DNA of 64,000 bases from assembly GCA_012295275.1 (NCBI GenBank), contig CM022665.1, forward strand, positions 46,624,001-46,688,000, read 5' to 3'. Numbering within the stretch: position 1 is the stretch's first letter; the number at the start of each line of letters is the position of its first letter. A program made the translations under genes and the position numbers. Of this stretch, positions 14,401-24,796 are shown one piece after another. The DNA is from Chrysomallon squamiferum (taxonomy: Eukaryota; Animalia; Mollusca). The notes beneath the pieces were generated by a model that saw only the letters and a program-made list of their open reading frames with translations, ran no database searches and was not told the origin of the DNA.

Positions 14401-15411
14401 ACTGGAAGCTGTCGTGTCTCACTCTGCTCTCAGACACTCCAGTCTGCTGGTGCCAGGCGTTGTGCTGCCAGTTCTGGTAGTGCTGCTGCTGACTGCCGTG
14501 AATGGAGGACGTCCTCTGGACAGAACTGCCCAGGATGGGCGGACTCTGGACATCGTGGTTCCACGGCTGACCGAAACCAGGATCTGTGCTTGCCAGGGGC
14601 TGAACAGGTGCAGGGGCTGGTGCTGTGTAAGCACCTCTGTAAGGATTTGAACCCTGGTAACTGGAACCTTCTAATTCTCTATGTGTACTAGTCCCCTGTG
14701 CACGCTTCTTCTGTCTGCTGGATTCTGAAAATTAAAATTATTATTCAGTCAATCTCACTTACTTAAAGTGGATAAAAATAACAATTTTTCAGATAGTCAT
14801 AAAATTAAAAGTTCAGAGCATAGCCAGACTTCAGCCCCCAATTATGCATCAATTATGTGCACTGCATGAGAATGTTTTTACCGTGCACTTTTGAATGGTT
14901 CTGTTACTTTAAATCTGTTGATCAATATAACCATATCCTGATTCCTCTCATCGTAAGTAAAGAAGTAGATAAGAAAACCAAAAACAATAAAAGCAATATC
15001 TGATAATTAGCTATAAAGACCATTTCTACACTGCATTTACTATCACTCAATCAGTTATGCTGTGTGTAGGACCAACAGATAAATAGTTAGTAAAAGACAT
15101 TTTACAAGTACATACCTGGTTTCTTGTCAGAGGCGCCATCTAGTTGTGGAATAACATCATCATCCATTGGATCCACATCTTCATCCACTTCCAGTGGTGA
15201 TTCCCAGGTGTCATCCATTCCCTCCAGGTCATGTTCAACAGCAGCAGAAGTGCTGTTATTAAAGTAAAATTGTAAAAGTTTTATCTATTTTGTTAAATTA
15301 AAGAGCCTACTTACAGAAGTAATAATCTGTTTATTCTTATATACACATGTGTGACAAGGAAGGATAAAGGTATTATTGTAATTGAATTTTCATCTGTTCA
15401 TTTGTTTATTC

Positions 15412-15453
<42 letters not shown>

Positions 15454-18400
15454 AAAAAAAAAAAAAGGAATTATTAAAAGTGGTTCTCTGTATTTTTATC
15501 TGTTCATTTAACTAAGTCTAGATACAGTATATTTCGAGGAGATATGTACTGACATTGTTATCAAAACCTGTAAATATGAAATTACATTCTCTGAATTTTT
15601 TCAAACACCCAACTGTGTTTATACACAATCTTTCTTACCCTGGTTCTGTTGCTTTCTCCACTTCATCAACACCTTCTTCATCATCATCATCATTGCCCGC
15701 ATCCCACACCCTCTGTGACATCTCCAAAGTCTCCTCGTCATCCTTCTGAAGCAGATCATCATCAGGAACAATGTCGGCTATGACACTGTCCTTCTCTTCA
15801 AGGGCAGATAACTGTGACGACGTCAGCTGAGATGACACAGGTGAAGACTCTTGTGCAAGAGCAGCCAGAGCCTCAGTGACAGAGTTTTCTAAACATTTTA
15901 AAACTTAAAACTAATAAACTGGACTAATAAACATGAAACATTTTGATATGGTCATCTCTGCAAAAAGATCAATTGATATTAACATTTGTTTTTCTCAAAA
16001 CAAGATAAATTAAATTTGGAATAACAGAGCTAGAGGGAAAATAGTGCAAGATAAGAAGGGAATATTGACAGTTTTCTTAGCAATTTTCCTCAGTATTTCA
16101 ACATACTAGTATAAGATAAGAATGAACTGTATTCATTTTCATTCCCATTGTTATGGTCTGCATTAACTCCACTGCATTTTTCATCAGATCAACTTACAAT
16201 ACTAACATCTGCTTTATGCAAAAATGAATCTGACCTCATGAACTCAATGCATTCACTGCTAGATTTTTTTATGCACTGTGACTAAAAGCAATCCGAAAAT
16301 TTAATTTTTAAGTTACCTGAGGAAGGCTGAGAGAAACTCTGGCTAAAGGACATCACTCGCTGTATGGTTTCCAGACTCACAACAGCATCGTCATCGTCGT
16401 TCTCCAGAGTATCCTGTGACATCATGGAGTCTGAAATTACACAAAGTATTTAACTTAGAGAAACTGTATCAAAGAAATTATTTATCTTAGAGAAAATATA
16501 TTTCAAAAAAATATTTATCTCAGAGAAATTACATTAGAAATAATATTTATCACTGAGAACCTATATTATACAATGTTTTTATCTTTGAAAAACTACATTA
16601 CACAAAATATTTATCTTCAAGAAAAAGTATAAAACTTAATTAAAGATATATGTCATACAAAATACAAAGTCTTTGCATAAATGTTACCTAAAAATTAAAT
16701 TACAACAACCATGTTCTCAAATTCATGAAAATAATAAGTAGATTTATTATTATTTTGAACTGGCTGTAAACGAAGATTAGAACAATGTCCACAGTTTGTA
16801 TATACCAAAACTATGTGGTATACACCATCTAAGGGAAAGTAGATACAAAAGTATTTTGATGTTAATGGGAACAATGGTGGGTTTTATTGGAAGTCTGTAT
16901 TGAATATATCAAATGCATCAAATCAAGTAGCTCATGATGGGAAAATTAAATAAAGCTCTGAACTGACTACTGTCAAAGTCATAGTTGACTGATGTTGTTG
17001 AATAATACCTGAAGTTCAACAGTTGATAATAGAAAATTAATTATCTGCAAATAATAATAATAAAAAAATAACGTCTGTTATACCTGTACTCTGTGACTGA
17101 TGGAAATCTACCATTGAGGCAGGGGTAGCAGGGACGTCAGCTTGAGTTGTCTCCCCCTGTGAAGTGTCTGCATCAGATGGCTCTGACTGACTGTCGCTGG
17201 AATTAATTAACACAATGACACAAAATACAATAATGAAAATATATCTTAATAATTTTAAGTAATTATACTAATCAAACAAATACTAAAAAACAGCTGATTA
17301 TAATAATATTATTAAAACAAAGGCAAAAAAAAAAAAAAAATTAATTAAAAATAATAAAGTAACTAGTAAAAATAAATAACAATGAAATATATAATTAATA
17401 ATAGGTAAGAAAAATCCCATTTCTTAACATTATTACACTTACTTTAGATATTTAAAACGTAATTACAGTGGTTTAATCTCATTAGACAGATGAATTTATC
17501 ATAGACAAAATAATTCTTAGCTGACTGTTAATTGTATATAATATTAATAAAATAAATAATTTGTTTTAAAACTTAAATTACAGTGGTTTAATCTATCTAG
17601 ACAGCTGACTTAATCACAGGCAAAATAATCCAGAAATTGTATACAATATTATGAAAAGAAAACAAAATGTTTTATTTTACAAACAGCAGATATGTGACTT
17701 TAGATTTTTTTTCTGGAAAAAGCAAGAACAATTTTACTCACATATACGGCCTTAGCTGTTCAATAATTTCGTGCAGTCGCTGGAGATGAAGTTTTTCACT
17801 TTCTGATGATGTAACAGCACTGTGATCTGAAATTTGAACACAAATTTATACACGTTTAATTCAAGAACCAAAGCAAATAAAAATAAAACGTATACATAAG
17901 ATTGAATAAAATAATCTACTGAATGAAGTTAAAATGATGTGTTACATTGTGAATCAACTGAAATTGTGTGTATTTTGTCAGGGTGGTGAAATGATGTCAC
18001 CTTGTGAATCTAGTGAAATAATATGTGACTGTGATTCAAGTCAAATATGTGACTGTGACTGTGATTCAAGTCAAATGTGTGACTGTCAATCTAGCAGAAT
18101 GACTTTGTGAAACAAATGAAATGATGAGCATTACTTTGTAAATCTAATAAATAAAGTTATTTTGAGTAAAATGATAAGAGTTATGTTGTGAATCACATAT
18201 AGTGAGGTCTCAGAAGATACCTTGTGACTCGGGTGGGGTGATGTGTGAATCCTCACCCAGATCCCTTCGCCTCTGTCTTTCGTCCTCCCACAAAGCTGCC
18301 AGCCCTGGATTGGCTCCTATATTACCTACAACAACCACAAGTTACATCTGTAACACTCAGTTACTAAATCTACATTACACCTACAACACACACAGGTTAC

Positions 18401-19359
18401 ATCTGTAACACTCAGTTACTAAATCTACATTACACCTACAACACACAGAGGTCACATCTGTAACACTCAGTTACTAAATTTACATTACACCTACAACACA
18501 CACAGGTTACATCTGTAACAGTCAGTTACTAAATCTACATTACACCTACAACACACACACGTCTGTAACACTCAGTTACTAATTCTACATTACATCTACA
18601 ACACACACAGGTTACATCTGTAACACTCAGTTACTAAATCTACATTACACCTACAACACACACAGGTCATGTCTGTAACACTGAGTTACTAAATCTACAC
18701 TATACACAGAGGTCACATAAGTTAAACTCTTCAAAAATAGTTAAATCACTGAACTGGATACTTCTGTTAAAGAAATATTAGTAAAAAAATGGAGCACAAG
18801 CATATCTGAGACTACAACTCAATGGGTACATATAAAAAGAAAAAGATAAATAACCAAGAACAGTTATCTTACTGTCTACATCCAGCCTGTTGAGAATATC
18901 GGCAGCCACAATGTCCACTTCAAGTTCTGATGAACTCTGGCGTTCAACAGACTCAGGCAGGTACAGGTCCCTGAGAAACAAGATTATCACATCTAAATAT
19001 TAAACATGTGATATCACCTCATTTTGACAGGCACTTGTGAAAAAACAACCTATGTGCTGTCATTTTGTTTTAACATCTACCTTCTTGAAACAGCTGATGT
19101 GACATCACATACCTACATATACATGATCTACCATTTTAATAGGTACATACTTACATACATACATACACATATCAACCCACCCACCTATACAGGGACACAC
19201 ATATATATTTACACACACACATATATATATTTATCATTTTTTTGGATGATAACTGTGATAAATTACGTAATGAAAAAATTTACATTTAGTAAGCCAGCTG
19301 TTGATTTTTTCATACATTTACTTAATACTGTAACAATGACATCAATAGCATGTTATTGT

Positions 19360-19412
<53 letters not shown>

Positions 19413-19573
19413 ATTATTTATTTATGTTCAGGATGAATGGTAACATTTTTTAACGGCTTTTTGGTTTACATTTTCTATCTGTCGAACATCCATTAAATAT
19501 TCAATATTCATACCACACAAACATAATATGCTCAGTGTTCAAACCATTTGACATATTAAATGCAAATTACAAA

Positions 19574-19622
<49 letters not shown>

Positions 19623-19624
19623 AA

Positions 19625-19673
<49 letters not shown>

Positions 19674-21033
19674 GATTCAGTTTGTAATTTTGTCATTTGT
19701 TATTTTGAAATTCTTTTATAAATTTTGTCTTTGATTTTTATTATTTTATATTGTAAACTTACACAGGAATGGTGTCGTCATTCCACTTCATCATACTAAG
19801 TTTATTCCCACCTCCATCACCAGGTGATGTAGTGAACGATGTGGATGTGGTTGTGACAGATTTGACTTTTTCCTTATCTTGAAAATAAACAAAAATAATA
19901 AAATTAATATAAATATTTTTGAAACCCTTTCCTACAAAACACTAACGATAATAATAATAATAATAACTTTTTTGGGCCTTTAAAAGCTTCTCAGTGAACA
20001 ATATATATGGTTACAGAATTAAAAAAGATTATTAATTATATTTTATTGCATGGATATTTTAAAATAGTCAGATACAGCTATTCATACTACCTGAAATTTC
20101 TCAAACAGTTCACATATTAATCCAAAGGAACACAAATGCTGGGTTATTATATAATACATTGATCTAACACATGGATTAATCTTTTCACTTTTTCTTTTTC
20201 TTTTTCAGATGTAAGAAAGAAAAAAAAATATATATTTACCATTCCTTTTTCTTCTAAACTTCACTGCTGCAGCATTGATTAGATTCATTCCATACAAGTT
20301 AAAATCAATGAAGAGCTGTGCAAAAAATAAATAAATAAATAAATAAAATACAATAATAATAAATAAATATAGTAATAATAACTATAATAATAATAATAGT
20401 AATAATAATAATAATAAATAAATAATGTAATAATAAATAAATAAATAAAAAATAAGTAAATAATAACAATTAATAATGAAAACAGATATAGTTTTATAAT
20501 TATTACAATTACTGTCACCTCAAAGATTTGAAAATAATTTTTGTAAAAAAGATATGAATTATATATTATTACAGAATCTAATTCAACAAGGTAAAAAGAA
20601 AAATTATAATAAAAAATTATCATAAATCTTTATTATTCTCTTCTCATCTGAAAAGTAGAATTAAAAAGTTATCAAATATGGATTACAAATGTCTGGGGGG
20701 AAAAAAACATAATCATCTTTTTATTATCTATCTTTCATACGTATGTAGATAATTTATAAAATATCTTTATAGGTGAAAATGAATAGATTACCTGTAGCTG
20801 GTAAGGGATATGAGCTTCGTAAGGCTGGAAAGGTTTACTCATTACAGCACCTGCCAAAAGAAGATCAGCCGCTCTGTAACAAAACAAAAAATTAAATAAT
20901 AATAATTAAAAATATGGATCACACTATTATCTTTTGTAAAGAACAGAAAACAAAAAAATGTGAATATCACGTCAGTACTGGAAAATGTATAGTTTCCAGT
21001 AATAATAATAATAATAATAATATTAATATTAAT

Positions 21034-21072
<39 letters not shown>

Positions 21073-21205
21073 CATAATAATAATAATAATAACAGTAATA
21101 GTAATAGTAATAATAATAATAACAATTAAAATAATAATAATATTAATAATAATAATAATAATAAATAATAGTAATAGTAATAGTAATAATAATAATAACA
21201 ATTAA

Positions 21206-21260
<55 letters not shown>

Positions 21261-21440
21261 TGTTTTAAAATTAAACACGAAAAACACCTGATGCATTTGT
21301 ATCATAAAATACATTGTTAAAGGTGTATTGGAAAAATCATAATAAAAAATCCTCCAGCAATATACACACCTGTTATATTCATTATTATATTCATTGCAGA
21401 ACTGTCTAGTTTATATGTTTTATTATACAAAAGAACTTTC

Positions 21441-21489
<49 letters not shown>

Positions 21490-24400
21490 AGATGAGATAC
21501 AGAGAAAGAGAGACAGACACACACACACACACACACAGCTGTTGTAACTGTTGTACTAATGATTGTATGTGTTATATTAGTTTTTAATACACTTCTGCCT
21601 TGTTGAAAATATCCAAACAGTACAATTTATTAAAATATCCAACTAAAAAGTATATTTAAGCTGCAATTTATTCTTGTTTGTAAGTATCTAGTTTTACATG
21701 TTCTCTAAGTACCAGATTTATAAACACATTGAAATATTTTTTAAAAACTAGACTTTATTGTGTTTACAACTCTTTGTTAATAGGAGTCCTGATTTTTCTA
21801 GTAGACATTATGAAACCAAAACATGCACTTACTTTCTTATGGAAGATGGATTATAGAGGTAGATCTTGATAAATTCCTGTTCTTTGTCATGGTAACCATA
21901 CATAGGGCTGTGAAAAAAAACACACAATTAAATAGATGCTTAAATTACAACAGAAGTATTTAGATGATGAACCTTTTAATTAGTATCATCTACTAGATGC
22001 ATTGTTTTCAATAAAAGGTAGCAGCAGCAATAACCACATAAGTAACATTTTGTCAGTATAATCTGAAATGATATCTAAGGTCAAATTAATTAATTTATAT
22101 ACAGGTTTTTTTAGATAGCTTTGTGGATTACAAGTCAAATTTCAGCATTCTAATATAATTAAATAAATGTTGTAAATAGTCATTTTTGTATTAATTTCAG
22201 AAGTAAAATTTATTAATTAATCTACATTTTGTCAAACATTTTAATGGACTACAAGTCTATCTGAAAAGTAAATTTATTTCATTAACTGCAGATTCTTTTT
22301 AAAACACTTAGTGGTTTCATTTCATATTTCACCATTCTAAGACAATTAAATATATCTTGAGGACATGATTGTTATATTGATTTCAAGAGTAAAATTAATT
22401 AATTTACCTAGTTTGTTAAAGATTTACAAGACTACAAAGACATTTTTCAACATACTAACATTATTAAACATTTGTGGATATCACTGTTCTACTGATTTCA
22501 AAAGTAAATTAATTTATCTACAGTTTTTATTAATGATCATACTGGACTGCAGGTAGTATTTCAACTTTTGACACAAGTGAGTATAACTGTAACAAACAAC
22601 AACTTGATGACTGATAACTTGATACAGCAGAGTGTCATAAATTGGCATCTTATGAAAACAATGTATGATATTAATGATTAAATTAGCTTCAGCTAAAGGT
22701 ACACAATTTAATGTATTTCATGTAATACACACCACTGTCAGACTAATATGGTGAATTAACCTAATTCATTTATGACATATTTGATTGAGGAGGAGGGGGA
22801 GGGGGAGGGGGAGGGAGAGAGAGAGAGAGAGAAAAAAAAAATATTGTAAGGCTGGAAATTGCAACTTGAACCAAATGGAGAGGACATAAATGTGATGAAA
22901 ATTATTTCAAGCTGGTCCATGATTTGTTTTAACATTTTTTATAATTGTTTTTCACAAAAGGAGTTGATACTTATTTATGAAATTTCACTTATATATTCAC
23001 TTAGATGTTATTAGGAATATTGGCAACATTAAGAAATAACATGGAAGAATGTGTGTTGTGTTTTTATTCAGGTGTTTTTTTTGGGCAGATATGAAATCTA
23101 GGTTTAAAGTATATTTTAGAATTGCTGACTGTCATAAATTCATAGTATAACCAATGAAAGTATACAAAGTATCAGAATTATTTGAATTATCAAAATGATT
23201 TGAAGATGCCAGTGAGTAAATCTATTATGTGTCAATGTTTTTAGGGTTAAAGTTTTGCTAGAATCAAAGTGTTGCTTAGGATTAATTAAAGTGTTGCTTA
23301 GGATTGACTAAAGTGTTGCTTAGGTTTAATTAAAGTGTTGCTAGGATTGATTAAACTTTTTGCTATTATGAGTTAAAGTTTTGCTAGGATTAATACACTC
23401 ATTAATGTAGGATATTAAAAATAATATTTTTTTACAAAAATACACTCACATTCCAGTGACGAGCGACAGTTTGTGTACATGTTGTGGGTTTGAACTGTTG
23501 TTGCTGGCGATGTTTATGGCTTTGTCGAGACTCGCAGCAAACTGTCGCAGGTAGCGGTCCCATGGGTCAGTGCCATCGTACGGAACGTACAGGTACGGGA
23601 AAACTCCATGTATGTGCATACACGTCTTCTGACCTGTAAAGCAGCAGTGAAAACACGAAAATATTGAAGATATATTGAAGATTTCACTTAAGCAATTTAA
23701 TAATGATAAAAATTAAGTAAAAGTCATTATAATTTAATTATGAAAAAGTGGTCTATGTATTGGTGAAATTGTGTAAACAGCATTTAATTCTGGTAAAAAT
23801 GAAGTGAATGTCATTATAATTCAATCTCCGAAAAACTGGCCTATGTATTGGTGAAATCATGTAAACAGATAAATTGAAAATTAGATTTCATCATTTAATT
23901 CTGATAAAAATTAAGTAAAGTCTATATAATTTAATTTACTTGACTGGCCCATTCTGAAATGCATTAGTAAAATAATGTAAGGATGTAATTGGAAATTACA
24001 TTTCATCATTTAATATTTATTAAAATGAAGCAAAAGTCACTATAATTTAATCTCAGTCATTAGGCAGTTCCACATAGCTCTCAATGGCTTAGAAAATGGA
24101 TAAAAACTAATTTGTGGTTCCTTTTTTTAACTGATTGTTTCAGATTTTTAATAAGGAATCAGGCTTTGGACTAAGAAGAATCTAAAAGACCTCCAGTACC
24201 AAACATTCAGTTATTACAACTTTGTTTTGTACAATTTAATCACAAATAAAAAATGAGTGTGTGTGCGTGTATGTATGTGTGTGTTTTATATGCATAGATA
24301 AGCTATTGTACAAAAAAAGATAAACGTTCAAGTTTCATTCAGTTAAATAGTTATGTATTTTAAACTGTCCTTTCAAACTGATTTATACTTATTACATTCA

Positions 24401-24777
24401 ATATGATAATTTTCAGTGCATTAAATTATAAATTGAAAAAAAAAAAAAAAAATATGCAGATGTGTGGGTTCTTTAGAAATATTTATTAAATCAATAGATG
24501 AGAACAACCACAATTTGGGGTATTTAATTAACTAAAATAAAGAGAATTTTCCTTCCAGTAAGAGACTGTTAAAGAACAACAAAAAAAAGATTTTAAAAAA
24601 TACCAGACAAGAATTCAAATGTGTCAAACCTGCTGGAGTAGAGCCGAAAATGCGCAAGATTGGAACTTTCTTCACTTCAGTACCTCTGAATTCAGACAGC
24701 GTGACGTCAAGACCAGGAATCGGGTCAGCCAAGTAATGGTCAGTAGTTACCACACGCATTGAAAACATGGCTGCCAT
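209..24777 (-). CDS. REV3L: DNA polymerase zeta catalytic subunit (REV3L); 22 coding exons in window, 3' end (polymerase core, Zn/Fe-S domain) off the left edge; 4 apparent 1-nt frameshifts
   Basis: Exons with GT-AG boundaries and consistent phases translate to motifs collinear with human REV3L as recalled: MFSMRVVTTDHY, GQKTCMHIHGVFPYLYVPYDG, YEAHIPY..LFIDFNLYGMN, ELEVDIVAADILNR, NPGLAALWEDE, IPQLDG, FCSNPADMPE, VELHMETRGDLRPDPEVDPI, DPDILVGYEIQ, GRIVLNLWR, YTFENVAFHVLHQR, KTSEFARVFGIQFYDVLSRGSQ. Confidence 0.97.
838..956 (-). CDS. REV3L: REV3L exon 21 (VNLNVYTFENVAFHVLHQRLP...HHNR)
   Basis: tcacag| ... AG|gtttgt. Confidence 0.95.
1516..1618 (-). CDS. REV3L: REV3L exon 20 (CFHRQTDEWGAKHSSEIHVPGRIVLNLWRIVRHE)
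   Basis: tttccag| ... GAG|gtgagt; acceptor choice inferred from phase. Confidence 0.9.
1640..2065. repeat. Minisatellite, about 48-bp unit (aaatacagagattttaaacagctaatatagagcttttagataattt)
   Basis: Unit recurs at 1801, 1849, 1897 and neighbouring positions. Confidence 0.9.
2580..2699 (-). CDS. REV3L: REV3L exon 19 (WDPDILVGYEIQMLSWGYVIERA...ISRIPG)
   Basis: tttgcag| ... AG|gtgaaa; an alternative GT donor lies 4 nt upstream (exon end 2584). Confidence 0.93.
3235..3812 (-). CDS. REV3L: REV3L exon 18 (YQYLTVLSVELHMETRGDLRPDPEVDPI..., exonuclease-like domain with Ser/Thr repeat insertion)
   Basis: tttgacag| ... CA|gtaag; ORF 3231-3788. Confidence 0.95.
4611..4736 (-). CDS. REV3L: REV3L exon 17 (SQIEGPTPRNTCGFKFTQLKMQNAKALHE)
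   Basis: ttgcag| ... GAG|gtatt; resembles human SQIDGPSLNNTYGFK...AKALHE. Confidence 0.94.
4931..5017. repeat. (TC)n microsatellite; similar tracts at 21443-21487, 30129-30200, 31086-31132, 32253-32304 and 63912-63950
   Basis: Direct inspection. Confidence 0.98.
5155..6188 (-). CDS. REV3L: REV3L exon 16 (VKDLPEFK...LTPCRPPPC..VLSWL...LHSTP...AAHSK), one 1-nt frameshift near 5980
   Basis: catttag|GTG ... AAG|gtaaag; contains the second REV7-binding motif and HSTP. Confidence 0.88.
6930..7305. repeat. Minisatellite, about 70-bp unit (ttttacataaattttagatttagattttagtgcattttctatg...)
   Basis: Five copies visible, next to the 40-nt exon donor. Confidence 0.9.
7339..7378 (-). CDS. REV3L: REV3L exon 15, 40 nt (LLDGPQSRLQSAL)
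   Basis: ttgtag| ... CTG|gtaag; bridges phase 2 to phase 0 and fills the gap corresponding to human EIGGRLLMVETRL. Confidence 0.85.
8620..14724 (-). CDS. REV3L: REV3L giant exon 14 (6105 nt), split into ORFs 13052-14437, 9813-13064 and 8616-9551 by three 1-nt frameshifts
   Basis: ttttcag|AATCC at 14724 and AG|gtaaaa at 8620; coding-like composition throughout. Contains HYIIIGKFKGYKSMGVRLQKL, DASFEDTMYKLALFS, the REV7-binding motif ICPRVPPPSR and FCSNPADMPE. Confidence 0.88.
15116..15252 (-). CDS. REV3L: REV3L exon 13 (...DVIPQLDGASDKKP)
   Basis: taacag| ... G|gtatg; IPQLDG motif. Confidence 0.92.
15639..15888 (-). CDS. REV3L: REV3L exon 12 (ENSVTEALAALAQ...TLEMSQRVWD...EPG)
   Basis: gtttag| ... 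GG|gtaag; MSQRVWD resembles human MSQRWD. Confidence 0.9.
16317..16430 (-). CDS. REV3L: REV3L exon 11 (DSMMSQDTLEND...SFSQPSS)
   Basis: atttcag| ... G|gtaact; open frame, phases fit. Confidence 0.85.
17084..17196 (-). CDS. REV3L: REV3L exon 10 (...TPASMVDFHQSQST)
   Basis: attccag| ... G|gtata; TPASMVDFH resembles human TPANMVEVH. Confidence 0.88.
17742..17826 (-). CDS. REV3L: REV3L exon 9 (DHSAVTSSESEKLHLQRLHEIIEQ)
   Basis: atttcag| ... |gtgagt; resembles human DHRFVPATESEKKFQKRLQEIL. Confidence 0.92.
18221..18325 (-). CDS. REV3L: REV3L exon 8 (NIGANPGLAALWEDERQRRR...PESQ)
   Basis: gttgtag| ... G|gtatct. Confidence 0.95.
18322..18715. repeat. Minisatellite, about 55-bp unit (attacacctacaacacacacaggttacatctgtaacactcagttactaaatctac) x7
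   Basis: ctgtaacac recurs about every 55 bp; the first unit overlaps the exon-8 acceptor. Confidence 0.92.
18873..18970 (-). CDS. REV3L: REV3L exon 7 (DLYLPESVERQSSSELEVDIVAADILNRLDVD)
   Basis: ttctcag| ... |gtaag. Confidence 0.95.
19763..19877 (-). CDS. REV3L: REV3L exon 6 (DKEKVKS...MKWNDDTIP)
   Basis: ttttcaag| ... |gtaagt; open frame, phases fit; WNDDTIP resembles human WEQDEIP. Confidence 0.88.
20240..20315 (-). CDS. REV3L: REV3L exon 5 (LFIDFNLYGMNLINAAAVKFRR)
   Basis: tgcacag| ... G|gtaaat. Confidence 0.95.
20792..20873 (-). CDS. REV3L: REV3L exon 4 (AADLLLAGAVMSKPFQPYEAHIPYQLQ)
   Basis: gttacag| ... CAG|gtaat. Confidence 0.95.
21000..21258. repeat. (AAT)n microsatellite complex; similar at 20380-20470, 52060-52160 and 55685-55990
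   Basis: Direct inspection. Confidence 0.97.
21833..21907 (-). CDS. REV3L: REV3L exon 3 (PMYGYHDKEQEFIKIYLYNP)
   Basis: ttcacag| ... |gtaagt, phase consistent. Confidence 0.95.
23245..23395. repeat. Short tandem repeat, about 22-bp unit (aaagtgttgcttaggattaatt)
   Basis: About 6 degenerate copies. Confidence 0.8.
23450..23633 (-). CDS. REV3L: REV3L exon 2 (GQKTCMHIHGVFPYLYVPYDG...KLSLVTG)
   Basis: tttacag|GT ... AT|gtgagt; strong match to the REV3 N-terminal domain. Confidence 0.95.
24630..24777 (-). CDS. REV3L: REV3L coding exon 1 (MAAMFSMRVVTTDHY...GSTPA); exon acceptor at 24796
   Basis: ACAATGG start with an in-frame TGA just upstream; donor G|GTTTGA falls 139 nt after the MFS ATG, matching the human exon-1 boundary as recalled. 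Confidence 0.93.
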
Positions 24778-24796
24778 TGTGTGTACTTTCACTCAT
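24740..24796 (-). promoter_or_regulatory. Out-of-frame upstream ORF (MSESTHNGSHVFNACGNY*) overlapping the REV3L start codon
   Basis: ATG at 24796-24794, directly after the ttttag acceptor and 19 nt upstream of the main ATG; TGA at 24742-24740 inside the CDS. Confidence 0.7.

Noticed and set aside
9280-14650. Many plus-strand and alternative-frame ORFs in the REV3L giant exon; the 1083-aa and 461-aa ORFs read as separate genes
   Set aside because: They lie between REV3L exons, carry REV3L motifs and join by single-base corrections; the plus-strand ORFs are shadows.
20285-21314. Poly-I/N/Y/L ORFs (also 51985-52212, 55589-56014) and CV/TH/SL ORFs (4832-5413, 30079-30322, 56332-56642, 62918-63247)
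   Set aside because: Translations of microsatellites, not genes.
209-24777. REV3L as a pseudogene
   Set aside because: All splice sites and conserved motifs are intact and the lesions are only homopolymer-type indels, also seen in the neighbouring gene; assembly error is more parsimonious.
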